Shown: positions 10,870 through 22,800 of the stretch, piece after piece
Numbering within the stretch: position 1 is the first letter of the stretch
How the letters are laid out: every line of letters starts with the position of its first letter
Program-made: the position numbers and the translations under genes
The notes under the pieces: generated by a model
The model's database searches: none
Seen by the model: the letters and a program-made list of their open reading frames with translations, nothing else
Told to the model about the DNA's origin: nothing
Source of the DNA: Pristiophorus japonicus
Taxonomy: Eukaryota
Reading direction: 5' to 3'
DNA: 64,000 bases
Assembly (NCBI RefSeq): GCF_044704955.1
Contig: NC_091998.1
Span: 58,900,001 to 58,964,000, forward strand

Positions 10870-13800
10870 ATCAGCCAACAATAACTATATGGCATCTTTA
10901 ATGTAGTGAAACCTCCCAAGGCACTTCACAGGAGAATTACGAGATTTTTAAAAATTTGACACTGAGCTGCATAAGTAGAAATTAGCTCAGGTAACCAAAA
11001 GCTTGGACAAAGAGGTAGGTTTAAGGAGTATCTTGAAGGAGGATAGAGAGGCGGAGAGGTTTAGGCAGGGAGTTCCAGAGCTTAAGGTCTAGGCAACAGA
11101 AGGCATGATCACCAATAGTTGAGCAATTTATAATCAGGGATGCTCAGGAGGGCAGAATCAGAGGAGCACAGATATCTCGGGGGTTGTGGGACTGGAGGAG
11201 ATTACAGAGTTGGGGAGGGGCGAGGCCATGGAGGAATTTGCAAATAAGGATGAAAATTTTGAAATCCAGGCGTTGCTTAACCAGAAGCCAATGTAGGTCA
11301 GCGAATACCGGGTTGATGGGTAAGTGGGACTCGGTACGAGTTAGGACATGGGCAGCCGAGTTTTGGATCAACTCTATTTTACGTAGGGTAGAATGTGGGA
11401 AGCCAGCCAGGAGTGCATTGGAATAGTCAAGTCTAGAAGTAACAAAGGCATGGATGAGGGTTTCAGCAGCGGTTGAGCTGAGGCGGAGCGGAGAGGGGCG
11501 ATGTTATGGAGGTGGAAATAGGCGGTATTAGTTATACTGCAGATATGTGGTCAAAAGCTCATTTCAGGGGCAAATATGACACCAAGGTTGCGAACAGTCT
11601 AGTTCAGCCTCAGACAGAAGTTGGGGAGAGGGATGGAGTCACTGGCTAAGGAACGGAGTTTGTGACAGGGACCGAAAACAATGGCTTCAGTCTTCCCACT
11701 ATTCAATTGAAAAAAGTTCTGCTCATCCGGAACTGGATGTCGGACAAATAGGCCAGCAGTCGGAGGGAGCTGCAGGAGTTCGTTGAGGAGGCGGAGCGGG
11801 ACGTCGGTGAGGCCTACAAGAGGCCAGCAGTTGGAGGGAGCAGCTGCAGTTCGTTGAGGAGGCCAGCCGGTGCAGCTGCAGCGAGGAGGCAAAAAATAAG
11901 TAGAAAGAAATCAAAAGGTGACGTCACAGCCAAGGGGGTAAGTGATTTGCTGGTGATTGGTAAGTAGCTTTTCTTTTTCTTTTCTATATCAGTAAGTAAC
12001 CTTTAGCATTGTTGTTGCCAATTTAAGTTTATCTAAGGGTTAAGTCATGGCAGAACAGCTCGGACACGTGTTATGCTCCTGTACTATGTGGGAAGTCAGG
12101 GACGCTTCTGGTGTCCCTGACGACTACGTGTGCGGGAAGTGCATCTGCCTGCAACTCCTGACAGACCACATTACGCACTGGAGCTGTGGATGGATGAACT
12201 CTGGAGCATGCACGATGCTGAGAATGACATGAATAGCACGTTTAGTGAGTTGGTCTTACCGCAGGTAAAGGGTACACAGCCAGATAGGGAATGGATGACC
12301 AACAGGAAGAGCAGTGCAAGGAAGGTAGTGCAGGGGTCCCCTGCAGTCATCCCCCTGTAAAACAGATACACCGCTTTGGGTACTGTTGAGGGGGATGACT
12401 CATCAGGGGAGGGCAGCAGCAGCCAAGTTCATGACACTGTGGGTGGCTCTGCTGCACAGGAGGGCAGGAAAAAGAGCAGGAAAGCTATAGTGATAGGGGA
12501 TTCAATTGTAAGGGGAATAGATAGATGTTTCTGCGGCCACAACCGAGACTCCAGGATGGTATGTTGCCTCTCTGGTGCAAGGGTCAAGGATGTCTCGGAG
12601 CGGGTGCAGGGCATTCTGAAAAGGGAGAGTGAACAGCCAGTTGCTGTGGTGCATATAGGTACCAACGATATAGGTAAAAAAAAATGGGATGAGGTCCTAC
12701 AAGATGCATTTAGGGAGCTAGAAGCTAAATTAAAAAGTAGGACCTCAAAAATAGTAATCTCAGAATTGCTACCAGTGCCACGTGCTCGTCAGAGTAGGAA
12801 TCGCAGGATAGCTCAGATGAATACGTGGCTTGAGGAGTGGTGCACATGGGAGGGATTCAAATTCCTAGGACATTGGAACCGGTTCTGGGGGAGGTGGGAC
12901 CAGTACAAACCAGACAGTCTGCACCTGGGCAGGACCGGAACCAAATGTCCTAGGGGGAGTGTTTGCTAGTGCTGTTGGGGAGGAGTTAAACTAATAAGGC
13001 AGGGGGATAGGAACCTATGCAGGGAGACAGAGGGAAGTGGAATGGGGGCAGAAGCAAAAGATAGAAAGAAGAAAAGTAAAAGTGGAGGACAGAGAAACCT
13101 AAAGCGAAAAGGGCCACATTACACCAAAATTCTAAAAGGGCAAAGTGTGTGAGAAAGACAAGCCTGAAGGCTCTGTGCCTCAATGCGAGGAGTATTCGGA
13201 ACGAGGTGGACAGACAGCAGTTAACGGGTATGGTGTAATTGGCATCACGGAGACATGGCTCCAGGGTAACCAAGGCTGGGAACTCAACATCCAGGGGTAT
13301 TCATCATTTAGGAAGGTTAGACAGAAAGGAAAAGGAGGCGGGGTGGCACTGCTAGTTAAAGAGGAAATTGATGCAATAGTAAGAAAGGACATTAGCTTGG
13401 ATGATGTGGGATCGATATGGGTGGAGCTACGGAATACCAAGGGGCAGAAACCGCTAGTGGGAGTTGTGTACAGACCACCAAACAGTAGTGTAAGGTTGGG
13501 GACAGCATCAAACAAGAAATTAGGGATGCATGCAATAAAGGTACAGCAGTTATCATGGGTGACTTTAATTTATATATTGATTGGGTTAACCAAACTGGTA
13601 GCAATGTGGTGGAGGAGGATTTCGTGGAGTGTATTAGGGGTGGTTTTCTAGACCAATATGTCGAGGAACCAACTAGGGAGCTGGCCATCCAAGACTGGGT
13701 GATGTGAAATGAGAAAGGACTAATTAGCAATCTTGATGTGCGAGGCCTCTTGGGGAAGAGTGACCATAACATGGTAGAATTCTTTATTAAGATGGAGAGT

Positions 13801-16415
13801 GACACATTTAATTCAGAGACTAGGGTCCTGAACTTAAGAAAAGGTAACTTCGATGGTTTGAGGCGTGAATGGGCTAGAATAGACTGGCAAATGATACTTA
13901 AAGGGTTGACGGTGGATAGGCAATGGCAAACATTTAAAGCTCACATGGATGAACTTTAGCAATTGTACATCCCTGTCTGGCGTAAAAATAAAACGGGGAA
14001 GGTGGCTCAACCGTGGCTAACGAGTGAAATTAAGGATAGTGTTAAATCCAAGGAAGAGGCATATAAATTGGCCAGAAAAAGCAACAAACCTGAGCACTGG
14101 GAGAAATTTAGAATTCAGCAGAGGAGGACAAAGGATTTAATTAAGAGGGGGAAAATAGAGTATGAGAAAAAGCTTGCTGGGAACATAAAAACTGACTGCA
14201 AAAGCTTCTATAGATATGTGAAGAGAAAAAGATTAGTGCAGACAAACCCTTGCAGTCGGATTCAGGTGAATTTATAATGGGGAACAAAGAAATGGCAGAC
14301 CAATTCAACAAATACTTTGATTCTGTCTTCACGAAGGAAGACACAAATAACCTTATGGAAGCACTAGGGGACCGAATGTCTAGTGAAAAGGAGGAACTGA
14401 AGGATATCCTTATTAGGCAGGAAATTATGTTAGGGAAATTGATGAGATTGAAGGCCGATAAATCTCCGGGGCCTGATAGTCTGCATCCCAGAGTACTTAA
14501 GGAAGTGGCCCTAGAAATAGTGGATGCATTGGTGATCATTTTCCAACAGTCTATCGACTCTGGATTAGCTCCTATGGACTGGAGGGTAGCTAATGTAACA
14601 CCACTTTTTAAAAAGGGAGGGAGAGAGAAAGCGGGTAATTATAGACCGGTTAGCCTGACATCAATAGTGGGAGAAATGTTGGAATCAATTATTAAGGATG
14701 AAATAGCAGTGCATTTGGAAAGCAGTGACAGGATCAGTCGAAGTCAGCATGGATTTATGAAGGGGAAATCATGCTTGACAAATTTTCGGGAATTTTTTGT
14801 GGATGTAACGAGTAGAGTGGACAAGGGACAACCAGTGGATGTGGTGTATTTGGACTTTCAAAAGGCTTTTGACAAGGTCCCACATAAGAGATTGGTGTGC
14901 AAAATCAAAGCACATGGTATTGGGGGTAATATACTGACGTGGATAGAGAACTCGATGGCAGACAGGAAGCAGAGAGTCGGGATAAACGGGTGCTTTTCAA
15001 AATGGCAGGCAGTGACTAGTGGAGTGCCGCAGGGCTCAGTGCTGGGTCCCCAGCTCTTTACAATATACATCAATGATTTGGATGAAGGAATTGAGTGTAA
15101 TATTTCCAAGTTTGCAGATGTCACTAAACTGGGTGGTGGTGTGAGCTGTGAGGGGGACGCTAGGAGGCTGCAGGGTGACTTGGACAGGTTAGGTGAGTGG
15201 GCAAATGCATGGCAGATGCATTATAATGTGGATAAATGTGAGGTTATCCACTTTGGGGGCAAAAACGCAAAGACAGAATATTATCTGAATGGCGGCAGAT
15301 TAGGAAAAGGGGAGGTGCAATGAGACCTGGGTGTCATGGTTCATCAGTCATTGAAAGTTGGCATGCAGGTACAGCAGGCGGTGAAGAAGGCAAATGGCAT
15401 GTTGGCCTTCATAGCAAGGGGATTTGAATATAGGAGCAGGGAGGTCTTACTGCAGTTGTACAGGGCCTTGGTGAGGCCTCACCTGGAATATTGTGTTCAG
15501 TTTTGGTCTCCTAATCTGAGGAAGGATGTTCTTGCTATTGAGGGAGTGCAGTGAAGGTTCACCAGACTGGTTCCAGGGGTGGCAGGACTGACGTATGAGG
15601 AGAGACTGGAACAACTGGGCCTTTATACATTGGAGTTTAGAAGGATGAGAGGGGATCTCATAGAAACATATAAGATTCTGATGGGACAGGTTAGATGTGG
15701 GTAGAATGTTCCCGATGTTGGGGAAGTCCAGAACCAGGGGACACAGTCTTAGGATAAGGGGTAGGCCATTTAGGACTGAGATGAGGAGAAACTCTTCACA
15801 GAGAGTTGTTAACCTGTGGAATTCTCTGCCGCAGAGAACTGTTGAGGCCAGTTCATTGGATATATTCAAGAGGGAGTTAGATATGGTCCTTACGGCTAAG
15901 CGGATCAAGGGGTATGAAGAGAAAGCAGGAAAGGGGTACTGAGGGAATAATCAGCCATGATCTTATTGAATGGTGGTGCAGGCTCTAAGGGCCAAATGTC
16001 CTACTCCTGCACCTATTTTCTATGTTTCTATGTTTCTATTTTGGAGACTGTGGAGGGGTCGAGAGAAGTGTTGGTGAGGTAGAGCTGGGTGTCATCAGTG
16101 TACTTGTGGAAACTGACGCTGTGTTTTCGGATGATGTCGCAAAGGGTCAACATGCAGATGAGAAATAGAAGGGGCCAAGGATAGATCCTTGGGGGACACC
16201 AGAGGTAACGATGGGGGGGGGGGGGGCGGGTGGTAAGAGAAGGCATTGCAGGTGATTCTCTGGCTACGATTAGATAGATTAGAATTGAACCAGGCGAGTA
16301 CAGTCCCACCCAGCTGGACGGTGGTGGAGAGGCGTTGGAGAACAATGGAGTGATCAACCGTGACGGCTGCAGACAGGTCAATAAGGACGAAGAGGGATAG
16401 TTTGCCTTTGTCAGT
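10870..16415 (-). mobile_element. L2-clade LINE fragment split by the full-length CR1 (10870-11745 and 16037-16415)
   Basis: Minus-strand peptides YTDDTQLY, QLNSGKTEAIVFG and IQNSAAHVLT..HWL. The element is contiguous in the homologous region 33421-34665. Confidence 0.8.
11748..16038 (+). mobile_element. Near full-length CR1 LINE (5'UTR, ORF1, ORF2, tail), inactivated
   Basis: ORF1 (12047-12969) has an N-terminal Cys cluster and SGNH/GDSL esterase motifs (GDSIVR, HIGTND, DSLHL). ORF2 has APE (ITETWL, VYRPP, SDHN) and RT (QGSVLGP, FADV) motifs. There is a (TTTCTATG)n tail and multiple stops and frameshifts. Confidence 0.93.
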
Positions 16416-16892
16416 CTCCCTAGTATTATTGAGTTATCTTAGCCCAGTCTTTTTAATGACTGATAGTTGCTGGGAAATAAAATGTTTGATTTTATTCATA
16501 TCTATTGAAAACGCCCAAGTTCCTGCTCACTCCTCCCTGCCACCCCTGACCTCATTCCTGCCACTTCAGGCGGGAGACAGATTTGAAAATTAAATTAAGC
16601 CTCCCTCCTCACTATCAGAATATTTTCCAATTACAGTTTTTAGAGTGTTATTCTCCTTTTTGGAGGGAATTAACACCAAACTGTTTGCCAGTGAAATCTT
16701 GTGGTTGATCGTAACTCGGGCAGGATCAGTGCGTAAGGGGAGCCCGGAGCAGGCGGTGCACCTGTACATCATGAAGGAAGTGAGGCCTGGCTGATTTTAA
16801 CCCCTCCCGCACACCATTCCTGCGCAGCGGGGTGGGGTTAACATCGACTCCCCCCGCCACCCCCCACGTGTTTTGTGCCATTCATTTCAACT

Positions 16893-17250
16893 TTGGCTTT
16901 GCCCAATGGCTCAGTTGGAAAAGGCAACATGTAGCTGAGCTGTACAGACCAGAGCGATCTGAGGATTGAGCCCCAGTTTGTGCTGGGTTCGTTGGTCCCA
17001 CTAGGGGTAGCAACAGGGATGTTATGATTGGCCTCACGGCCTCTGGGTTAGGAAGGGTTCCCATTCCCATTCAATGTCCAGCAACCCTTGTGGGAAGGGT
17101 GGGTGTGTTGATGTTTGAGGAGGACAGGATCCGACTCACCTGCTTACTGTCTGGGATCACACATGAGACCACTGGGGCAAGATATCTGAGGGCAGGTACT
17201 GTACCTCAGCAAGAGTCGATGCTGTCAAGAGGGAAGGAAAGGGGAGAATT
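16893..17250 (+). mobile_element. Probable tRNA-derived SINE (copies also at ~35135-35490 and ~53310-53665)
   Basis: A-box-like TGGCTCAGTTGG head. Related diverged segments lie on the minus strand at ~105-245 and in il1b intron 5 (~26610-26830). Confidence 0.45.
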
Positions 17251-18064
17251 GATTTAAAAATGTAAAACCCACAAAGTTGTTGGGGATAATTTTCTGGCAA
17301 TGTGTTCCGAGCTCGCGACTCACCAACAGGGGATCAAATATTGGACGTTTGTGCGCGAACTGCATGATTTACCGACTATTTACATTAATGATTTGTTAAT
17401 CAAGCACAGTGCATCCCATGATTTTTGATGTAACCATTTTACTTATTTTCATAATTTGCAGACTTTTCATCATTTCATGTTGTGGTAAACCTCTCGTGTT
17501 ACACTTTGCGGAGACTAGTGGCAAAGGAATTAAAACTTTCCATTAAGAAAGCAGCATGAGTCATTGTTTTATGGGAGATAGGGCTCAGGTAGGTGAAACA
17601 ACGGCAGCAGTTAGGCCATGAACTCTTTCACCGCTGTTGGTCCCAATTTTAACTCGGGCAGGAATTGGGTGCTTGAGGCAAATGGCAAACCCATTTGAAC
17701 TCAGCCTTACCTACGAGCAGGGTTAAAATCGCCCTGACGTGTATCCGGGGTGGGGCAAGCCTAGATATTATCTGTGTGTGTAATAAAAACAGAAAATGCT
17801 GCAAATATCCAGCAGCTCTTCCGGAACCTGTTCTGAGAAAGGCTAGGTTCATGCGTCCATTGTTCAGCAGAACATGGTCGCCTCGCGTAGCATTAACTTG
17901 GCTTTTCTCATCATCGATTGCGATCGACCTGCTGTGTATTTCAGGCATTATTGTTTCCAGTATTCCTTCTGTTTCTCATTTTAGAGATGGGTGCCACACA
18001 ATTCCTCAGGAATTTACTCAGTGGGCGACTGTTGGAACCCTCATAGAATAGCGCTAGACCTGGT

Positions 18065-18510
18065 TACATAGGATTAGCGGGAGGCCATTCAGCCCCTCGA
18101 GTCTGCTCCGCCATTCACTTAGATCATGGCTGATCTGCACCTCACCTCCATTTCCCTTTCCTCCATATCCCTTGATTCCCATACCTAACAACAATCTCCC
18201 GATCTCAGCCTTGAAAGCTTCAATTAATATCCACAGCCTTTTGGGGGAAGAGAGGTCCAGATTTCTACTATTCTTTGAAAAAGTGCTTCCCGATTTCCCT
18301 CTAATTTAGTTATAATGTTGAGGTTGTGCCTCCTTGTTCAGGACTCGCCTGCCAGAGGAAATAGTTATCTACCCTATCAACCCCTTTAATAATAAACACC
18401 TCGATCAGATCACTTCCTCTGTACTCAAGGGAATACAAGCCAGAGGTATGAAACTTGTCCTCAGAATGGAACCCTCTCAGCCTCGGGATCATTCTGGTGA
18501 ATCTGCGTGG
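18065..18510 (-). mobile_element. Degraded CR1 3' fragment (repeated at ~36310-36755 and ~54480-54925)
   Basis: Minus-strand RRFTRMIPRLRG..GLYSLE..DLIEVF and a CR1 3'UTR hairpin region. Confidence 0.75.
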
Positions 18511-18689
18511 GGTCTTTGCCATTCTGGCCATTTGAATTCCCGTCACATGGGCGGTCGGCTGCTAAAGATACGACCAAAATGGCAACCTGACCAACAAACT
18601 CCAGGGGTGTCACCAATGGCAAGCCCAACAGGAGCAGGTCCGGCTCTAACACATTCGCAGCTAGTGCGAGAAAATGAAACACCTTTAAC

Positions 18690-18957
18690 ATCAGGCACTC
18701 CCACGATAGGTACGGAACAGGTTAGATACAGAGTAATGCTCCCTCTACACTGTCCCATCAAATGCTCCCAGGACAGGTACAGCACGGGGTTAGATACAGA
18801 GTAATGCTCCCTCTACACTGTCCCATCTAACACTCTCAGGGCAGGTACAGCACGGGGTTAGGTACAGAGCAAAGCTCCCTCTACACTGTCCCATTAAACA
18901 CTCCCAGGGCAGGTGCAGCACGAGATTAGATACAGAGTAAAGCTCCCTCTACACTGA
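18690..18957. repeat. 68-bp minisatellite, ~3.7 units (also 36936-37203 and 55107-55374)
   Basis: TTAGATACAGAGTAA(T/A)GCTCCCTCTACACTG recurs at 18722, 18790, 18858 and 18926. Confidence 0.9.
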
Positions 18958-19529
18958 TCTGTCAATGTACGTCCGACCAAACTCTGAGAACATCGCTCAC
19001 TGCCCAATAGAACATTGTTCCATTCCCCATACCTCTCGTCCTGTCGCCCATCTGAGTGAGACTCAGTAAGAAGTTAGGCAATAGCAGCCCATTAGAAACT
19101 GGGTTGAGGCCTCATGTAACAAATAGTTTCACTCCATCAGTTTTAGGTGCATTTGAAGGGGAATTTGTTTTTATTCCTATCATCCAGTCTGTACAGAGTA
19201 AATGATCTGGTGCTCAGCACAATTCAGGAGCAGGCAGCAGACATTTCCCCACAGCAAGATTTTCTATCCATTCATTTTAATGAACAGAAAATCATTTGAT
19301 GTACATGTGCAATTTCACAATTATGTGCTCTCGTCCTGTGACTAGAACTTAGAAGCGGAATTCTTACCCTGATAACTGACTTCCTTCAGTGTGACTCCAA
19401 ATGGTGGAAGGTCAGTCTCTATCCCACTGCACCACCAATGGGCCATCCTCCAATCAGATCAGCTGGCAGACTATGTACTCCTTAAATTAAATGCCTCAAG
19501 GTATACACGGTGAAACACAGAAACTTCGG

Positions 19530-19872
19530 CGTGCACTCCAGTGCTGAGGGAGCGCTGCATTGTTGGAGGTGACGTCTTTCGGATGAGATGTCAAAAAGTC
19601 TACTCTCTCAGGTTGACGTAACAGGCCCTATGGCACTATTTCTAAAAAGAGCAGGGGATTTAACCCCAGTGTCCTGGCCAATATTTATCCCTCAATCAAC
19701 ATCACTAAAACAAATTATCTGGTCATTATCACATTGCTGTTTGTGGAAGTTTGCTGTGTGCAAAAATTGGCCGCATTTCCAACATTACAACAGTGACTAC
19801 ACTTCACAAAGTAAAGCGCATTGGTACCTTCGTGGTCGTGAAAGGCGCTATAGAAATGCAAGTCTTTCTTTA
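19530..19872 (+). mobile_element. 5'-truncated DeuSINE-like SINE (repeated in each unit)
   Basis: Deu-like core GGAGGTG.CGTCTTTCGGATGAGA...ATGGCACTATT and an L2-type tail GGCGCTATAGAAATGCAAGTCTTTCTTT. Confidence 0.7.
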
Positions 19873-20582
19873 TAAAAGGGTAGGAGTGTCTGGGAGTACT
19901 TTCACACCATGGGTCTGTGTACATTTACACAGATTGAGGATGAAATTGCACATGGGCGGTGTCTCACCGGTCTCCCGTTAAACCCTGGGCCCGATGGTCA
20001 GTTCCACTGACTTCATCAGAATGAAATAAAAACAGTGAATGCTGGAAATCTCAGCGGGTCAGTAGAATTGAATATCAGATGCAACGGTCGGCAAATGCGA
20101 TTCTGTCTGTTTTACGTCCCCCCACCACACACCCCATGTGCATCCCCCATCCCATAATAACCTCATGTGGTCCAACTGATCACACGTACTGTGGACGAGC
20201 AGGACGAGCGGGACGAGCTGGGGAAGTTTATTGTGAGTGCTGTCACTGAGCTCAGTGAACGGACATGCTTCCTGGAAACTTTCTCTCAGGGCAAGTGTGA
20301 TCTGTATTGTTCACTCGTCTGTAGCCTCTGCAGAAAGGTGCTGGCCGCTGCAATCCGGGGCGGGGAGGCGATACCGAGCTGTGTACTATTGGGTTACCCC
20401 GAAACATTGAATGGGTGAGGACACATTGCACTTTTAAATGTGGCATTCCAGCTGTTTGAAAGACCGGATACATTTCCGGCTTTTGCAACCCTGAAACTGC
20501 CTCAGAGAATGTCACCTGACACAATAAACTTGGCTCAATAGACCAGCCACTCCTTCTCTTAGCTTGGATATTTGTTTTTTTA

Positions 20583-20950
20583 TGTCAGCTCAGTGGGCAG
20601 CACAGTCGCCTCTGAGTTGTGGGTTCAAGCCCCACTCCAGAAACTTGAGCACATAAATCTAGGCTGACATTGCAGTGCAGTGCTGAGGAAGCTCTGCACT
20701 GTCGGAGGTGCCACCTTTTGGATGAGACATTAAACCGAGAGCCCTCTGCTCTCTCAGGTGGATGTAACAGATCCCATGGCATTATTTGGAAGAACAGTAG
20801 AGGAGTTATTCCCAGTGTTCTGGCCAATATTTATCACTCTGTTTGCTGTTTGTGGGAGCTTGCTGTGCGCAAATTGGCTGCTGCCTTTCCCACATTACAA
20901 CAGTCACTACACTCCAAATGTACTTTGTTGGCTGTAAAACACTTTGAGAC
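20583..20950 (+). mobile_element. tRNA-headed DeuSINE-like SINE (repeated in each unit)
   Basis: Box A-like GCTCAGTGG, box B GGTTCAAGCCC and a Deu-like core; the 3' end abuts the CR1 tail. Confidence 0.72.
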
Positions 20951-22800
20951 ATAGAAACATAGAAAATAGGTGCAGGAGTAGGCTATTCGGCTCTCGAGCC
21001 TGCACCGCCATTCAATAAGATCATGGTTGAACATTCCTTCAGTACCCCTTTCCTGCTTTCTCTCCATACCCCTTGATCCCCTTAACCGTAAGGACCATAT
21101 CTAACTCCCTCTTGAATATATCCAATGAACTGACATCAACAACTCTCTGCGGCAGGGAATTCCACAGGTCAACGCTCTATCAGTGAAGAAGCTTCTCCTC
21201 ATCTCAGTCCTAAATGGCCTATCCCTTATCCTAAGACTATGTCCCCTGGTTCTGGACTTCCCCAACATCAAGAACGTTCTTCCTGCATCTATCCTGTCCA
21301 GTCCCATCAGAATCTTATATGTTTCTATGAGATCCTCTCTCATCCTTCTAAACACCAGTGAATAAAGGCCCAGTTGATCCAGTCTCTCCTCATATGACAG
21401 CCCAGCCATCCCTGGAATCAGTCTGGTGAACCTTCGCTGCACTCCCTCAATAGCAAGAACATCCTTCCTCAGACTAGGAGACCAAAACTGAACACAATAT
21501 TCCAGGTGAGGCCTCACTAAGGCCCTGTACAACTGCAGTAAGACCTCCCTGCTCCTATATTCAAATCCCCTAGCTATGAAGGCTAACATACCATTTGCCT
21601 TCTTTACCGCCTGCTGTAACTGCGTGCCCACTTTCAGTGACTGATGAACCGTGACACCCAGGTCTCATTGCACCTCCCCTTTTTCTAGTCTGCCGCCATT
21701 CAAATAATATTCTGCCTTTGTGTTTTTGCCCCCAAAATGGATAACCCCACATTTATCCACATTATACTGCATCTGCCATGTATTTGCCCACTCACCTAAT
21801 CTGTCCAAGTCACCCGGCATACTCTTAGTGTCCTCCTCACAGCTCACACTGCCACCAAGTTTAGTGTCATCTGCAAACTTGGAGATATTGCACTCTATTC
21901 CTTCATCCAAATCGTGAATGTATATTGTAAAGAGCTGGGATCCCAGCACTGAGCCGTGCGGCACCCAATTAGTAACTGCCTGCCATTCTGAAAAGGACCC
22001 GTTTATCCCGACTCTCTGCTTCCTGTCTGCCAACCAGTTCTCTATCCACGTCAGTACATTACCCCCAATACCACGCGCTTTGATTTTGTACACCAATCTC
22101 TTATGCAGGACCTTGTCAAAAGCCTTTTGAAAGTCCAAATACACCACATCCACTGGTTATCCCTTGTCCACTCTACTAGTTACATCCTCAAAAAATTCCA
22201 GAAGATTCGTCAAGCATGATTTCCCTTTCATAAATTCATGCTGACTTGGTCCGATCCTGTCACTGCTTTCCAAATGGGCTACTATTTGATCCTTAATGAT
22301 TGATTCCAACATTTTCCCCACTACTGATGTCAGGCTACCCAGTCTATAATTACCCGCTTTCTCTCTCCCTCCTTTCTTAAAAAGTGGCGTCACATTAGCT
22401 ACCCTCCCATCCATAGGAACTAATCCAGAGTCGATAGATTGTTGGAAAATGATCACCATTGCATCCACTATTTCTAGGGCCACTTCCTTAAGTACTCTGG
22501 GATGCAGACTATCAGGACCCGAGATTTATCGGCCTTTAATCCCATCAATTTCCCTAACACAATTTCCCGCCTAATAAGGATATCTTTCAGTTCCTCATTC
22601 TCACTAGACCCACTGTCCGCTAGTACATTCGGAAGGTTATTTGTATCTTCCTTTATGAAGACAGAACCGATGTATTGGTTCAATTGGTCTGGCATTTCTT
22701 TGTTCCCCATTATAAATTCACCTGAATCCGACTGCAAGGGACCTACATTTGTCTTTACTAATCTTTTTCTCCTCACATATTTATAGAAGCTTTTGAAGTC
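20948..22800 (-). mobile_element. 5'-truncated CR1 upstream of il1b copy 1
   Basis: RT ORF fragments (LDFQKAFDKV, FADDTKLGG) and a CATAGAAA tail at 20949-20965. Confidence 0.92.

Noticed and set aside
14250-15323. 357-aa ORF as an active LINE ORF2
   Set aside because: The catalytic FADD is mutated to FADV, and the ORF is flanked by stops and frameshifts.
18690-18957. 68-bp periodic repeat as a CRISPR array
   Set aside because: The whole unit repeats without variable spacers, so it is a minisatellite.
20583-20660. tRNA gene
   Set aside because: The A and B boxes belong to a SINE head followed by a Deu-like core, and I see no complete cloverleaf.
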